Counted from the first letter of the stretch, positions 1 through 10,744 are shown. The stretch is 64,000 nucleotides of DNA from Sulfurimonadaceae bacterium (GCA_041571435.1 JBFFUI010000001.1:32001-96000); one strand, 5' to 3'. Numbers and translations are program-made. The notes: generated by a model from the letters alone, not told the origin.

Positions 1-557
1 GCGACGACAAAGTTATAGGTAGGCGAACCGTCGGCACGTGCGATGATAAAGTCATCCAGAATATCCTCTGCCTGAAAACTGACACGGCCCTTGATACCGT
101 CTTCGATGACGATCTCGCCTGTCTGCGGTGCTTTAATGCGGATGACCGGTTCGACCCCCTTCGGCGGCGTCCCCTCAAAATCACGGTAGCGTCCGTCATA
201 ACGGGTACGCTCTTTGTTGGCCATCTGCGTCTCCCGCAGTTCGGCCAGCTCATCTTTAGTCATATAGCAGCGGTACGCCTTGCCTTCGTCAAGCAGCTGT
301 TGTACATATTTTGCATAGATCTCATCGCGCTGAGATTGATAGGTGATCTCACCGTCGTGTTCCAAACCGACCCATTTAAATGCTTCCACGATTGCCTTGG
401 CCGCCTCCTCTGAGTTGCGGCTTTTGTCCGTGTCTTCAATACGCAAAACAAATTGACCACCATTACGACGTGCCCAAAGATAAGATAAGAGTGCTGTTCT
501 AAGACCTCCGATATGTAAGTAGCCTGTCGGGCTCGGAGCAAAACGTGTCACAACCAT
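1..557 (-). CDS. gltX: Glutamate--tRNA ligase, 5' part (runs off the window edge)
   Basis: Manual translation from ATG at 557: MVVTRFAPSPTGYLHIGGLRTAL...LRIEDTD...IARADGSPTYNFVV. HIGH-type motif of GluRS. Absent from the ORF track because it is truncated. Confidence 0.95.
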   Translation of the reverse strand, partial: MVVTRFAPSPTGYLHIGGLRTALLSYLWARRNGGQFVLRIEDTDKSRNSEEAAKAIVEAFKWVGLEHDGEITYQSQRDEIYAKYVQQLLDEGKAYRCYMTKDELAELRETQMANKERTRYDGRYRDFEGTPPKGVEPVIRIKAPQTGEIVIEDGIKGRVSFQAEDILDDFIIARADGSPTYNFVV

Positions 558-695
558 AGTTGACCTTTACAGTAATGTCGAAACATCACAAAAATTGATC
601 TGAATTCTAACAAAAGTGCGCTTTAAAAGCAGAGTCTCTTGTAGCATTATATTAAAGTAGGTAAAATACGCCCAATATCATCCAAGTGAGCACTT

Positions 696-1532
696 TTGAA
701 ATACCTACTTCCCTTACTTTTGTTTATCACTCTACATGCCGAGACTGTTGATGGTATCGCGATCATGGTCAAAGACCAGCCTATCACGCTTTATGACATT
801 TCCGAAGCGATGCAAGAGCACAACATTCCCCAAGAGCAGGCAGTCGAACTTCTGGAGCGCAAGAAACTCGAAGAGATAGAGATCAAAGAGCGCCATATCA
901 CGGCATCCAAACAGGAAGTTTTCGACGACATCCAACGCATGGCCGAACAGAACCATATGAGCGTTATTGAACTCTATTCGGCTATTCAGAGCTCACAAGG
1001 CCTCAGTGAGGCAAAACTCAAGGAAAAGATCGAAGAGAAGATCCTGAACCAAAAGCTCTACAGTGCCATCGCCTTTTCCCACCTTGAGCAGCCGAACGAT
1101 GATGAGATCGACGAGTATTACAGACTCCACCTAGAAGAGTTTCAAAAGCCCGATTCGTTTGATGTCCTTCTCTACCTCTGCCCGGACAAGAACCGTCTTC
1201 AAGAGAAGATCGATAACCCGATGTTCTATTCACCGGATGTGACCAGTGAAGCGCACACGTTCAAAACAGCTGAGATGAACCCCCGTTTAGCCGAGCTGCT
1301 GAACGGAACATCGCTGAACAGTTTTACCCCGATCCTTCCCTCACCAAACGGCGGTTTTATGAGCTTTTACCTAAAGGGAAAAGGGGCAAGCAATACGCCT
1401 GATCTTGAAACGATCCGACCACAAATATCAAATGCACTTATGGCGCAAAAGCGCGAGACTATTCTAAAAGACTATTTTGATCGTCAGCGGCTCAATGCTG
1501 AGATCAAGGTGATCCGCCTGCCACGTAACTAG
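696..1532 (+). CDS. SurA-like periplasmic chaperone / peptidylprolyl isomerase family protein
   Basis: Signal peptide MKYLLPLLLFITLHA, then VDGIAIMVKDQPITLYDI typical of the SurA N-terminal domain; C-terminal LKDYFDRQRLNAEIKV. Confidence 0.75.
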   Translation: MKYLLPLLLFITLHAETVDGIAIMVKDQPITLYDISEAMQEHNIPQEQAVELLERKKLEEIEIKERHITASKQEVFDDIQRMAEQNHMSVIELYSAIQSSQGLSEAKLKEKIEEKILNQKLYSAIAFSHLEQPNDDEIDEYYRLHLEEFQKPDSFDVLLYLCPDKNRLQEKIDNPMFYSPDVTSEAHTFKTAEMNPRLAELLNGTSLNSFTPILPSPNGGFMSFYLKGKGASNTPDLETIRPQISNALMAQKRETILKDYFDRQRLNAEIKVIRLPRN

Positions 1533-1629
1533 TCTCATCGCTTTCACTTTTCTGAATAACGTCGTCATGCCGTCATTCATCTGCTTCTATGCAAACAATC
1601 AAAAGAACAGCAAACGTAAAAAAATTATG

Positions 1630-1656
1630 ATTTCCGGGTCTGACCCGGTAGGAAAT
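1630..1656. terminator. Hairpin between convergent genes, possible terminator
   Basis: Palindrome ccgggtc-t-gacccgg inside atttcc...ggaaat, between the convergent SurA-like gene and accC. Confidence 0.3.
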
Positions 1657-1708
1657 AGAAAGTAAAGGTTAAACAGCTCAGGAGCCCGTCCCTCGCTGTG
1701 TTGGAGCG

Positions 1709-3049
1709 TTAGCCCTTGTAGTTCTCTAGATACTTCGTATCGAAGTTATTGTTGATGAAGTCAGGGTTCTTCATCATCTTTTTGTGGAAATCGATCGTCG
1801 TACGGATGCCCTCGATCTTAAATTCGCTCAATGCGCGGTGCATACGTGCGACCGCCTGCTCGCGAGTGTCTGCTTTGACGATCAGCTTACCGATCATAGA
1901 GTCATACGTTGATGGTACCGTGTAACCAGCGTGGGCGTGTGTATCGATACGTACACCCAGACCACCCGGCGCAACCCACTCTTTGATCGTACCCGGAGAC
2001 GGCAAGAAACGCACCGAGTCTTCTGCAGAGATACGACACTCTATAGAGTGCCCGTGGAATTTGATACTCTCTTGTGACGGAAGCTCTTCGCCCTCAGCAA
2101 CACGGATCATCCACTCGATAAGATCAAGTCCGCTCACCTCTTCAGAAACAGTGTGCTCGACCTGAAGACGTGTGTTCATCTCCATAAAGTAGAAGTCGAG
2201 GTTTTTGTCAAGAAGGAACTCAAATGTTCCCGCACCTTCATACTTGATGAACTGTGTTGCACGAACTGCTGCAGCGTGAAGACGTTTACGCACGTCAGGA
2301 GTCAGTACATTTGCCGGCGACTCTTCGATCAGTTTTTGGTGACGACGCTGCATTGAACAGTCACGCTCACCGACATGGATAACGTTACCGTGGCTGTCTG
2401 CCATGACCTGTACTTCGATGTGACGCGGTGCTTCAATGAACTTCTCCATATAGATAGTACCGTCGCCAAATGCGGTGATCGCTTCAGACTCAGCTGCCAA
2501 AAAGGCGTTTCTAAGTTCTTCTTCTCTCTCAACAACACGCATACCGCGTCCGCCGCCGCCTTGTGCCGCTTTCAAGATAACCGGATAACCGACCACTTTG
2601 GCACGCTCAGCAGCATCTGCGATGTCGTGAATCGCGCCATCAGAACCCGGTACAACGGGAACCTTCGCAGCGATCATGACATCTTTCGCTTTGGACTTGT
2701 CCGCCATCATCTCCATTACCGCTACAGTCGGTCCAATGAACTTGATACCGTGATGCGTACAGATCTCAACAAAAGTCTGGTTCTCACTCAAAAAACCGTA
2801 TCCAGGGAAGATCGCATCACAATTACTGATCTCGGCAGCAGAAATGATCGCCGGAATATTCAGGTAACTCTCAGAGCTTGGCGCCTTACCGATACAGATC
2901 GATGCATCCGCAAGATTGAGGTATTCAGAACCTTCATCACCTTTAGAGTAGACAGCAACAGCCTCTTTACCCATCTCTTTAATGGTGCGGATAGCACGAA
3001 GAGCGATCTCTCCGCGATTCGCAACTAAGATTCGTTTGATCTCAGCCAT
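1709..3049 (-). CDS. accC: Acetyl-CoA carboxylase biotin carboxylase subunit
   Basis: RILVANRGEIA, PGYGFLSEN, GGGGRG, RDCSMQRRHQK and EMNTRLQVEH motifs; adjacent to accB. Confidence 0.95.
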   Translation of the reverse strand: MAEIKRILVANRGEIALRAIRTIKEMGKEAVAVYSKGDEGSEYLNLADASICIGKAPSSESYLNIPAIISAAEISNCDAIFPGYGFLSENQTFVEICTHHGIKFIGPTVAVMEMMADKSKAKDVMIAAKVPVVPGSDGAIHDIADAAERAKVVGYPVILKAAQGGGGRGMRVVEREEELRNAFLAAESEAITAFGDGTIYMEKFIEAPRHIEVQVMADSHGNVIHVGERDCSMQRRHQKLIEESPANVLTPDVRKRLHAAAVRATQFIKYEGAGTFEFLLDKNLDFYFMEMNTRLQVEHTVSEEVSGLDLIEWMIRVAEGEELPSQESIKFHGHSIECRISAEDSVRFLPSPGTIKEWVAPGGLGVRIDTHAHAGYTVPSTYDSMIGKLIVKADTREQAVARMHRALSEFKIEGIRTTIDFHKKMMKNPDFINNNFDTKYLENYKG

Positions 3050-3051
3050 AT

Positions 3052-3504
3052 TTAGATCTTCTCTACGACAAACAGTGGCATATCGTACTCAACGGCCTGA
3101 CCGTCAACAACAAGGATCTCAACGATTTTACAATCAAACTCTGCTTCCAGCTCATTCATAATCTTCATCGCTTCAAGAACAGCGACCGCTTGACCTTTTT
3201 TGACCGTATCCCCAACTTTAACAAACGGAGCCGAGTCTGGTGATGGTGCTGCATAGAATGTACCCACCATTGGAGAATCAATCGTATCACCACTGATCGC
3301 TGCTGCAGCCGGTGCCGGAGATGCAGCTGGTGCTGCCACTGGAGCTGCTGCAACAGGTGCCGCTGCTACTGCTTGAACCGGTGCTGCGACAAGACCTGTT
3401 GCTTTTTCCATCTCGATCTCAAATCCATCTTTATTGATTTTGATCTTTGAAAGACCGCTTTCGTCAAACTTAGTGATAAGTGAGTTAATTTGCTTCATTT
3501 CCAT
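3052..3504 (-). CDS. accB: Biotin carboxyl carrier protein
   Basis: Ala/Pro-rich linker, SPMVGTFY, EAMKIMN biotinylation motif. Confidence 0.96.
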   Translation of the reverse strand: MEMKQINSLITKFDESGLSKIKINKDGFEIEMEKATGLVAAPVQAVAAAPVAAAPVAAPAASPAPAAAAISGDTIDSPMVGTFYAAPSPDSAPFVKVGDTVKKGQAVAVLEAMKIMNELEAEFDCKIVEILVVDGQAVEYDMPLFVVEKI

Positions 3505-3687
3505 AGTTAAAGGCTCCTAAATAGCTTCTAAACACCTTTGCCTCCCTTATAAAGGGGCGCAAGTGCTCTTAAATTTATTGCGATATAATAGCACAAATCA
3601 TATTAATAGAAGTAATGTTTGCTTCTCAGTATACTTTAAAACAAGATCTGTTTTTTACAGATTTACACAGATGAAAAAGGAACAAAC

Positions 3688-4248
3688 TTGGGTTTAAAAG
3701 CTGATACATGGATTCGGGAACAGGCACTTGAAAATGGAATGATCTCTCCTTTTTGTGAAGATCAGGTGGGCAAAGGCGTTGTCTCTTACGGATTGAGTTC
3801 ATACGGGTATGACATTCGTGTCAGCAATGAGTTCAAAATCTTTACCAATCTAAACTCAACAGTCGTTGATCCGAAGCACTTTGATGATGCCAATGTCGTG
3901 GATTTTGAGGGGGACGTTTGTATTGTTCCACCAAACTCATTTGCCTTGGCGCGCACGGTCGAATACTTCAAGATCCCTCGTGACGTTCTTGCGATCTGTC
4001 TGGGCAAATCGACGTACGCCCGCTGTGGTATCATAGTCAATGTCACCCCGTTCGAACCGGAGTTCGAAGGGCATATTACCATTGAGATCTCAAACACAAC
4101 ACCGCTTCCGGCAAAGATCTATGCCAATGAGGGAATCGCACAGGTCCTTTTCCTCCAGGGGGATGAAAATTGTGAGACAAGCTATAAAGACAAAAAAGGT
4201 AAATATCACGGTCAAGAGGGTATCACCTTGCCAAGGATCTTGAAATAA
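3688..4248 (+). CDS. dcd: dCTP deaminase
   Basis: [21 protein letters not shown] and NEGIAQVLF motifs; TTG start after an AAGGAA RBS. Confidence 0.95.
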   Translation: MGLKADTWIREQALENGMISPFCEDQVGKGVVSYGLSSYGYDIRVSNEFKIFTNLNSTVVDPKHFDDANVVDFEGDVCIVPPNSFALARTVEYFKIPRDVLAICLGKSTYARCGIIVNVTPFEPEFEGHITIEISNTTPLPAKIYANEGIAQVLFLQGDENCETSYKDKKGKYHGQEGITLPRILK

Positions 4249-4283
4249 GACCCCTGGGCAAAGCGCTTTTAGAGCTCTTCTTT

Positions 4284-4643
4284 TTGGGCGGCGTCTTGCT
4301 GCCTCTTCTTATCAGTTTTACCGACATTACCCTGCGCATCACTCTACAAGATGAGCTCCCTGCAGATATCGTCCTCGTTGTCAGTTTTTTCCTGCTGCTC
4401 GTGCTATATACATTGGGTTACCGTTCGCTTTGGAGATGGATACTGAAAAGACATCAGACCGACACTACAAAACTGCTCGAACTGGGTACGCTTTCGATCG
4501 TATTCAGCGATCTTCTCATCTATGCCTCGCTCTATCAACAGGGTAATACGCTCTCCAATCTTATCTGGCTTGTTTTCTATCTTGTTTTAATCGCACTCTT
4601 TTATCTTTTGGGAAAGCGAAGTATCAAACAACTAGCGATATAA
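4284..4643 (+). CDS. Hypothetical membrane protein
   Basis: 119-aa ORF with about four hydrophobic segments; start uncertain. Confidence 0.5.
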   Translation: MGGVLLPLLISFTDITLRITLQDELPADIVLVVSFFLLLVLYTLGYRSLWRWILKRHQTDTTKLLELGTLSIVFSDLLIYASLYQQGNTLSNLIWLVFYLVLIALFYLLGKRSIKQLAI

Positions 4644-4674
4644 TTTCACATTCACACTACAGAAGGAAAGATCG

Positions 4675-4905
4675 ATGTTACACGAATACAGAGATATTAT
4701 TACACACATGAAAGAAAATGAAGCGGACAACGCTCACTTTTTACACATTTTTGACAAGCACAATGCACTTGACGATCAAATTGTTGCCGGTGAAAAAGGG
4801 ACAATGACAGACGTTGAGCTGGAAAAACTTAAAAAAGAGAAGCTTCTTTTAAAAGATGAAGCCTATGCTATCTTGATGAAATACAAACAAGAGCACAACC
4901 TTTAA
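4675..4905 (+). CDS. DUF465/YdcH-family small protein
   Basis: MLHEYRD...HFxxIFDKHNALDDQI...LKKEKLLLKDE pattern; strong RBS. Confidence 0.85.
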   Translation: MLHEYRDIITHMKENEADNAHFLHIFDKHNALDDQIVAGEKGTMTDVELEKLKKEKLLLKDEAYAILMKYKQEHNL

Positions 4906-4935
4906 TCCTATTGCGGTGCATCTGCACCGTATTTT

Positions 4936-5289
4936 CTACCCTTTTAGAAAATCAACCACCTTTTCAGGCGGTCTTCCTATCACGGCTTTATCACCTTTGA
5001 TGACAATCGGACGCTCAATCAGTTTCGGAAAACGGCTCATCGCACGGATCAGCACCCCCTCATCTTCGACATCGGCGAGATTTAACTCTTTGAATTTATC
5101 TTCTTTGGTGCGCATCAGCTCTTTGGCATGAATACCCAGCTTTTTGAGCACATCTTTGATAGCCTCTTCATCCGGTTCAGCCTCAAGGTATTTCACCACA
5201 TCAGCTTCCACTCCGTTCTCCTCCAAAAGCTTCATCGCCTCTCTTGATTTTGAACATCGTGGGTTATGCCAAATTTGAATTTCGCTCAT
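4936..5289 (-). CDS. arsC: Arsenate reductase (glutaredoxin-dependent ArsC family)
   Basis: HNPRCSKSR active site, LIERPIV and IGRPPE motifs. Confidence 0.85.
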   Translation of the reverse strand: MSEIQIWHNPRCSKSREAMKLLEENGVEADVVKYLEAEPDEEAIKDVLKKLGIHAKELMRTKEDKFKELNLADVEDEGVLIRAMSRFPKLIERPIVIKGDKAVIGRPPEKVVDFLKG

Positions 5290-5411
5290 TATAATCTCCT
5301 GATATTTTTAAAAATAATAACAGAGTCGCTATAAAAAGCTGTCTTGTTTTTGGTATCGTAGAAAAAGATTAAGAAAAAAGTTGCGTCTTGCGGAGAGCCT
5401 CCGCATGCGTA

Positions 5412-6020
5412 TTAGTCTTCGATGCTGGAGACTTTTCTGTTGGTGAAGTGATAAATAATCTTGTCTGACACGTAACCGCGTTGAAACTTCCAGTACGTCC
5501 AACTATTTTGTTCCAGACTTGGCGTGGCGTGTGCCGGCGGATACCCTTGCGCAAGAACGACCGCCTCTTTGCGCATCCCGACTTCGACTCTGCCCGCTTT
5601 GATAGCAGCCTGCTCTTGTGCTGTGAACTTGGAGAGGTCCACTTCCTTGCCGGCAAAGTAACGGTCGAGCATCTGATCCATGTTGGTTTTTGAATGTCTT
5701 GGACTGTTTCTAAGATAATAACGTTTGTCATTGTAGGTAAAAGCAATTTGTCTGGAGTTAATGTCTTCGTAAAAGATGACGCTGTTAACCGGAATAGGAA
5801 AGCCCAGCGTATAGTTCAATGTCGAAAGCCCGCTGCCCTGTGCTAACATAGTATGCTGCGTATACATTTTTGCATGTTCGCTGACCTGTTTCTGGTGCGC
5901 AGGGTTAACAGCTGCCCCGCCACAACCGCTAAAGCCGAAGCCCATCAAGCCGATAATACTGCCTAAAAAAACCTGTTTGACAACGTAGTTCATTTCATTC
6001 CTTGGTTTCATAAATTTCAA
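5412..6020 (-). CDS. Putative lipoprotein (C-terminal SmpA/OmlA-like segment)
   Basis: Lipobox FSG|C; C-terminal GMRKEAVVLAQGYPP...WTYW. True start probably one of the downstream Mets. Confidence 0.65.
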   Translation of the reverse strand: MKFMKPRNEMNYVVKQVFLGSIIGLMGFGFSGCGGAAVNPAHQKQVSEHAKMYTQHTMLAQGSGLSTLNYTLGFPIPVNSVIFYEDINSRQIAFTYNDKRYYLRNSPRHSKTNMDQMLDRYFAGKEVDLSKFTAQEQAAIKAGRVEVGMRKEAVVLAQGYPPAHATPSLEQNSWTYWKFQRGYVSDKIIYHFTNRKVSSIED

Positions 6021-6204
6021 TAATGTACAACAAAAATCATTTTATCAATGTTAAATTATCCTCTGAAATACTCCGCAACATTCAAAAGCTACTCTTTTCG
6101 TCTCCAGACAAAACCTTTCGGATACTGCCGCTTTCGCATCAACACCGTGGAAAGCGCGTTAACAAGCCAGAAGCATTACCTATGATATAAACAGGCCCGC
6201 ACGC

Positions 6205-8013
6205 TTATAATAGATGTTTATTGATCCAATACGACAGTACATAGAGGCCCCAGACATGCTGTTTAAAACGACCGCGTTTGCCGCGTTCAATATACTCTTT
6301 AAGTACTTCACGGTTAAAGAGCCCGGTCTTGTCGTTCACGGCTTCGATAAGGTCTATCTTGCCTGAAGCGGCCAGCCACTCCATATAGGGGTTGGAGAAC
6401 CCTTTTTTCTTTCGACTGATCACCGAATCGGGAAGATAGTCCGCTGCGACTTTTTTCAACAGCGCCTTCGTAACGCCATCCTGATAGCGTAGATGCGGTG
6501 CGATACTGAAGACCGTCTCCGCCAGATTATGGTCAAGAAACGGCGTTCGTGATTCGATGGAGTGTGCCATCGAGACGCGGTCAAGCTTGGTCAAAAAGTG
6601 TTCGGCCTGGAAGAGCTTGAGGTCTATATAGCTGTACCAGATGCTCGGATCGCTATGCCCGCTTGCCTCAAATGCACTGCGGTATGGTGCCAGGAAACGC
6701 AGACCGTCCCCGTCTTTGATGTTTTGACGCATCAGGATGTTTTTTTGCAGATCGGTGAACTTCTCACCCGAGGTCCGAAAGAGCAGCTGCTCGTCAAAGA
6801 CCCGCTTGTACCACTCCCACTCCCTGTTCATGGAGAAGTTGGCGCGAAAATACTTTTTAAGCCAGTTCTTGTGCTGCAGCGAAGCCGCCTTTTCGATATC
6901 GAGGTACTCAAAATACTGACGGTATCCAAGAAAGAGCTCGTCGCTTCCCTCACCGCTGAGCACCACTTTGTACCCCTTTTTTTTGATCCCCTCAAAGAGC
7001 AGATAAAGTGGGATCGCGGCCGGATCGTTAAGCGGCTCGTCCATTGTATCAAAGACCTTTTCACTCGCCCCGATAAAATCATCCTGTGTTATCTCGATCG
7101 CACTGTTCTTGACCCCCAGAGCCTCCGCCGTAAAATTGGCATTTTGGCGTTCGTCATAGTTCTTATACTCGGCATAGCCCAGAGTGAAGGTGTGCAATGA
7201 CGTCCCCTGCTCTTTGGCGATCGCCGCGATCAGCGCACTGTCTATGCCGCCGGAAAGCAGTGACGCCATCGGCACATCGGCACTCAAACGCAGCCTGATA
7301 CTCTCGGTCAAACCCTCTTCTATCTTCTCTATCGCCACCTTTTCATCAGTGATGGACGATGAGGGGGTATCCAACAGCGAGTAGTAACTTTTTTTCGCGA
7401 TCTTCGTACCGTCAAAATGGAGCATCTCGCCCGCTTCCAGCTTCTGGACCCCTTCAAAAAAGGTGTGCGGCGGTGTCGGTGCCAGAAAACCCAGGTAACT
7501 GCTCAAGGCATCTTTATTGAGTCGTTTTTTGTTCAGAAACGGGACAACTCCTTTTATCTCGGAAGCGAAGACGAAGCGGGCTCTGTCATGCAGATAATAG
7601 AGGGGTTTTTTGCCCAAACGGTCACGTATGAGATAGAGGTCCTTGCCGTCCAAAAGGGCAATAGCGAACATCCCTACAAGATGTTCAATAAAGTCCAGAC
7701 CCCACTTTTTATAGGCAGCCAGCAGCACCTCCGTGTCCGAGTCACTCTTAAAACTGAAATCGGAAGAGAGCTCTTCGCGTAACGTTTTATGGTTGTATAT
7801 CTCCCCGTTAAAGCTGAGCAGCAGCTCTCCATGACGCATCGGCTGGTGGGCCTTGGCCTGCAGGTCAACAATACTCAGGCGGTTGTGGGCGAAAAAGAGT
7901 TGTTCCTGCTCAACGATCCCGCAGTAGTCAGGTCCGCGGTGCGTCATACTGCCAAGTGCCTGACGCGCCTGAGCAGGGTTGTACTCACCCAGTATCCCAA
8001 AGATGGCGCACAT
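6205..8013 (-). CDS. asnB: Asparagine synthase (glutamine-hydrolysing) family amidotransferase
   Basis: N-terminal MCAIFG (catalytic Cys), HRGPD, FNGEIYN, RDRLGKKPLY, LSGGIDS, SGEGSDE. ATG at 8013 overlaps the upstream TGA. Confidence 0.9.
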   Translation of the reverse strand: MCAIFGILGEYNPAQARQALGSMTHRGPDYCGIVEQEQLFFAHNRLSIVDLQAKAHQPMRHGELLLSFNGEIYNHKTLREELSSDFSFKSDSDTEVLLAAYKKWGLDFIEHLVGMFAIALLDGKDLYLIRDRLGKKPLYYLHDRARFVFASEIKGVVPFLNKKRLNKDALSSYLGFLAPTPPHTFFEGVQKLEAGEMLHFDGTKIAKKSYYSLLDTPSSSITDEKVAIEKIEEGLTESIRLRLSADVPMASLLSGGIDSALIAAIAKEQGTSLHTFTLGYAEYKNYDERQNANFTAEALGVKNSAIEITQDDFIGASEKVFDTMDEPLNDPAAIPLYLLFEGIKKKGYKVVLSGEGSDELFLGYRQYFEYLDIEKAASLQHKNWLKKYFRANFSMNREWEWYKRVFDEQLLFRTSGEKFTDLQKNILMRQNIKDGDGLRFLAPYRSAFEASGHSDPSIWYSYIDLKLFQAEHFLTKLDRVSMAHSIESRTPFLDHNLAETVFSIAPHLRYQDGVTKALLKKVAADYLPDSVISRKKKGFSNPYMEWLAASGKIDLIEAVNDKTGLFNREVLKEYIERGKRGRFKQHVWGLYVLSYWINKHLL

Positions 8014-8618
8014 CACGCACCTCCTTGAGACGATGGTTGCGTGTTCTTCTGTAAATAGACCGTAAAGTCTTTCGGCAGATACCCTCTCTGCATACGAAAC
8101 GATACCCCAAGCGCTTTGGCAAGCTCCTCGATCTCTTCCGGTCGGTAATAGTTATAGACCATCGAACTGTCCTCGCCTTCCAACAGGTTAAAAACAAACC
8201 CTTTTTTGCTCGCATGCAGACAGCGTATGATAAACATGTCCGTCTCTTCACGCGTCAATATGTTCATCGCACCGCTGCAGATGTAGTAGTCGGCTTCCGG
8301 CAGAGGGTCTCTCAGCACATCACACTTTCTAATCTCACTATCGACCCTCTTACGTGCCGCTTCGACCATCGTTTCCATGATCTCCAATCCGATATAAGAT
8401 CGGGGAGCGCAATGCTCTTTTTCCATATAGATATAGAGGTCGGCGAACCCGCATCCCACATCCACGACGCTCTCGTTCCCGCTGAGCTCGATCATTTCCA
8501 GAAGGATCTCAAACCGCTTGTACTGCGTCTGCTGTGAATTCCAATGTACCCCTCGGGCACTGACACCGTGACGTTCAATCACTTCACTGTAATACCGATC
8601 ATTATCAATCCGACTCAT
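8013..8618 (-). CDS. Class I SAM-dependent methyltransferase
   Basis: VVDVGCGFAD motif I; stop overlaps the asnB start. Confidence 0.85.
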   Translation of the reverse strand: MSRIDNDRYYSEVIERHGVSARGVHWNSQQTQYKRFEILLEMIELSGNESVVDVGCGFADLYIYMEKEHCAPRSYIGLEIMETMVEAARKRVDSEIRKCDVLRDPLPEADYYICSGAMNILTREETDMFIIRCLHASKKGFVFNLLEGEDSSMVYNYYRPEEIEELAKALGVSFRMQRGYLPKDFTVYLQKNTQPSSQGGA

Positions 8619-8685
8619 AGCGGTATTATAGTAAAATCCATAGATATATTACGACTGCCGCACAAAAGTGGAGAAAGGGGTAACA

Positions 8686-9558
8686 ATGGCGAAACGAAAA
8701 CCTATCCATGCTCTGGAGCTCGGCGGTACTCTCTTCGTTCCGGCTTCGCACAAAAACCTGGATGCCATTCTCTCCGGCCGGAAATACCCCGAACTGCGCT
8801 CCGTCGTCATCGATTTTGAAGACGGGCTGACCAGTACCGACCAGCCTAAAGCCTTGTCCAACCTGGGAAAGCCCCTGGACAAACTGCAAGAAAGCAAGCT
8901 CCTGCGTTTTATCCGGCCCCGAAGCCCGCAGATGTTAAAAACATTGCTGCGACATAAGAGCATCAATAGACTAGACGGGTTTATTCTTCCCAAATTCGGT
9001 CTCTACAACGCTGGCGAATACCTGACCTTAATAGACGGACACAGTTTCATGCCAAGCATTGAAGGCGAAGAGCTTTTCGACACCCAAAAGCTCCAACAAC
9101 TCCGCGACCTTCTGCTGCCACATCAAGAACGTATCATCTGCATCCGTTTCGGTGCGCAGGACATGCTGCGCCAACTCAGACTCCGGCAAGCCGGTTCCAT
9201 CTACGACATGCTCGCTCCAGCCCAGGTCATCGGAAACCTCATCGCCACCTTTAAGTCCCACGGTTTTGAGGTCAGTGCCCCGGTCTTTCCAGACTTTTCT
9301 GACACAGAGGGCTTTCAAAAAGAGATCAGCTATGAACTACACAACGGATTCATCTCCAAGACCATCATCCACCCTGGCCAGATCGAGCCATTGAATGTGC
9401 TCTACCGTGTAACGGAGCAGGAGCTGCAGGAGGCAAAAGCCTTGCTGTCGCAACAAGATGGGGTCGTGAATCTTGAGGGGAAAATGGGCGAGACCAATAC
9501 CCAAAGTCCCTGGGCCAAACAGATTCTGGAGAGGTACAAACTTTTCAATGTTGTCTAG
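8686..9558 (+). CDS. HpcH/HpaI aldolase / citrate lyase beta-family protein
   Basis: LGGTLFVPA, VIDFEDG, FILPKF, KTIIHPGQI motifs; ATG 8686 after an AAGGGG RBS. Confidence 0.8.
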   Translation: MAKRKPIHALELGGTLFVPASHKNLDAILSGRKYPELRSVVIDFEDGLTSTDQPKALSNLGKPLDKLQESKLLRFIRPRSPQMLKTLLRHKSINRLDGFILPKFGLYNAGEYLTLIDGHSFMPSIEGEELFDTQKLQQLRDLLLPHQERIICIRFGAQDMLRQLRLRQAGSIYDMLAPAQVIGNLIATFKSHGFEVSAPVFPDFSDTEGFQKEISYELHNGFISKTIIHPGQIEPLNVLYRVTEQELQEAKALLSQQDGVVNLEGKMGETNTQSPWAKQILERYKLFNVV

Positions 9559-10744
9559 AATAGTGCTCTTTTGTCTCTCTACATTAGCTATCTGGGCCCA
9601 AGAGGCCGCCCCGGCTGGCCTTGACCTTCGCAATTTCCGGGGAGATGTCCAGCTTTACACCTATGACATCAACCTTCCGGGTTCGGATTACGATGCCTAT
9701 GCAACAGCCATTGGAGGCAGGTTGGGCTACAAAACCGGCCCCTACTACCGCTTTGGTATCGAGCTTGAATATGCCGGATCACATGCGGTCGGAAACACCA
9801 AAAATGCTGAACGGCTTCAACTTTTTGACAACGACACCCCTTCCCTTCATCTCAATGCGCTTTCCCAAGGCAATCTCTTCTATCAGAACCCGACCACCTA
9901 TTTCCGTCTCGGCGCACAGACCATGAGCACCCCGCTCTTCAATGAAGACCCGACCCGCATCGTACCCTGGGGTGCAACCGGTGCGACCATCACCTATAAT
10001 CGGGTAGAAGACCTTACTTTGATCGGGGCAGCGATCAACACAATCCGCAGCAACACCTCCTCTGTCTATCGTAAAGAGAGTGCCAGCGGACCGATAGACC
10101 ATGGGCTCTATTTTCTTGGCGGCAGCTATAGCATCAATGACGGAAACTGGATGCAGGCCTATTACTATCTGGCGCCAAACCTCTATGACTCGCTCTACCT
10201 GCAGTACGAATACCGCCGTACGCTCTTTGACGATGCCCTGGTCTGCTTCGGTATTCAATACATCAAGACCTACACCAACGGCGGGAGCAGTTCGCAGGCC
10301 GTAACCGACAGCCCGATAGGCGGTGATGATGTCAATCTGGCAGCTTTCAAAGCCAGCGTCAACTATCAGGACCTCGACCTGCAGTTGAGCTACTCTAAAA
10401 ACAGCGGCCAAAGCGGTATCAGTAATGCCTATGGCGGATTGAGCAAGGTCTACACCTCTTCCATGATCGCCAACGGCCGCAAGAACAACCGCCCGGAGAC
10501 CTGGTCATTCAAAGCGGCCTACGACATTTTTCACTCCGAATATTTTGGCAATACCGAAGCAGGACTGTGGTTGACAAAAACAGATTATCAGGACGTCACC
10601 GAAGCAGACTTCTTCTCCACCTATGCCCACCTTCGCCACTACTTCGGCATTAACACATCCGCCTATCTGCGTGTTGAACAGATCGACTATGACGGCATAG
10701 ATGATGCGGTGTTTTTACGGCTTATTTTGAAACAGGAGTTTTAA
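9548..10744 (+). CDS. OprD-like outer-membrane porin
   Basis: Signal peptide MLSRIVLFCLSTLAIWA, LGAQTMSTPL (GRQ..xTPL-like), aromatic-rich beta pattern, C-terminal Phe (KQEF). Confidence 0.7.
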   Translation: MLSRIVLFCLSTLAIWAQEAAPAGLDLRNFRGDVQLYTYDINLPGSDYDAYATAIGGRLGYKTGPYYRFGIELEYAGSHAVGNTKNAERLQLFDNDTPSLHLNALSQGNLFYQNPTTYFRLGAQTMSTPLFNEDPTRIVPWGATGATITYNRVEDLTLIGAAINTIRSNTSSVYRKESASGPIDHGLYFLGGSYSINDGNWMQAYYYLAPNLYDSLYLQYEYRRTLFDDALVCFGIQYIKTYTNGGSSSQAVTDSPIGGDDVNLAAFKASVNYQDLDLQLSYSKNSGQSGISNAYGGLSKVYTSSMIANGRKNNRPETWSFKAAYDIFHSEYFGNTEAGLWLTKTDYQDVTEADFFSTYAHLRHYFGINTSAYLRVEQIDYDGIDDAVFLRLILKQEF

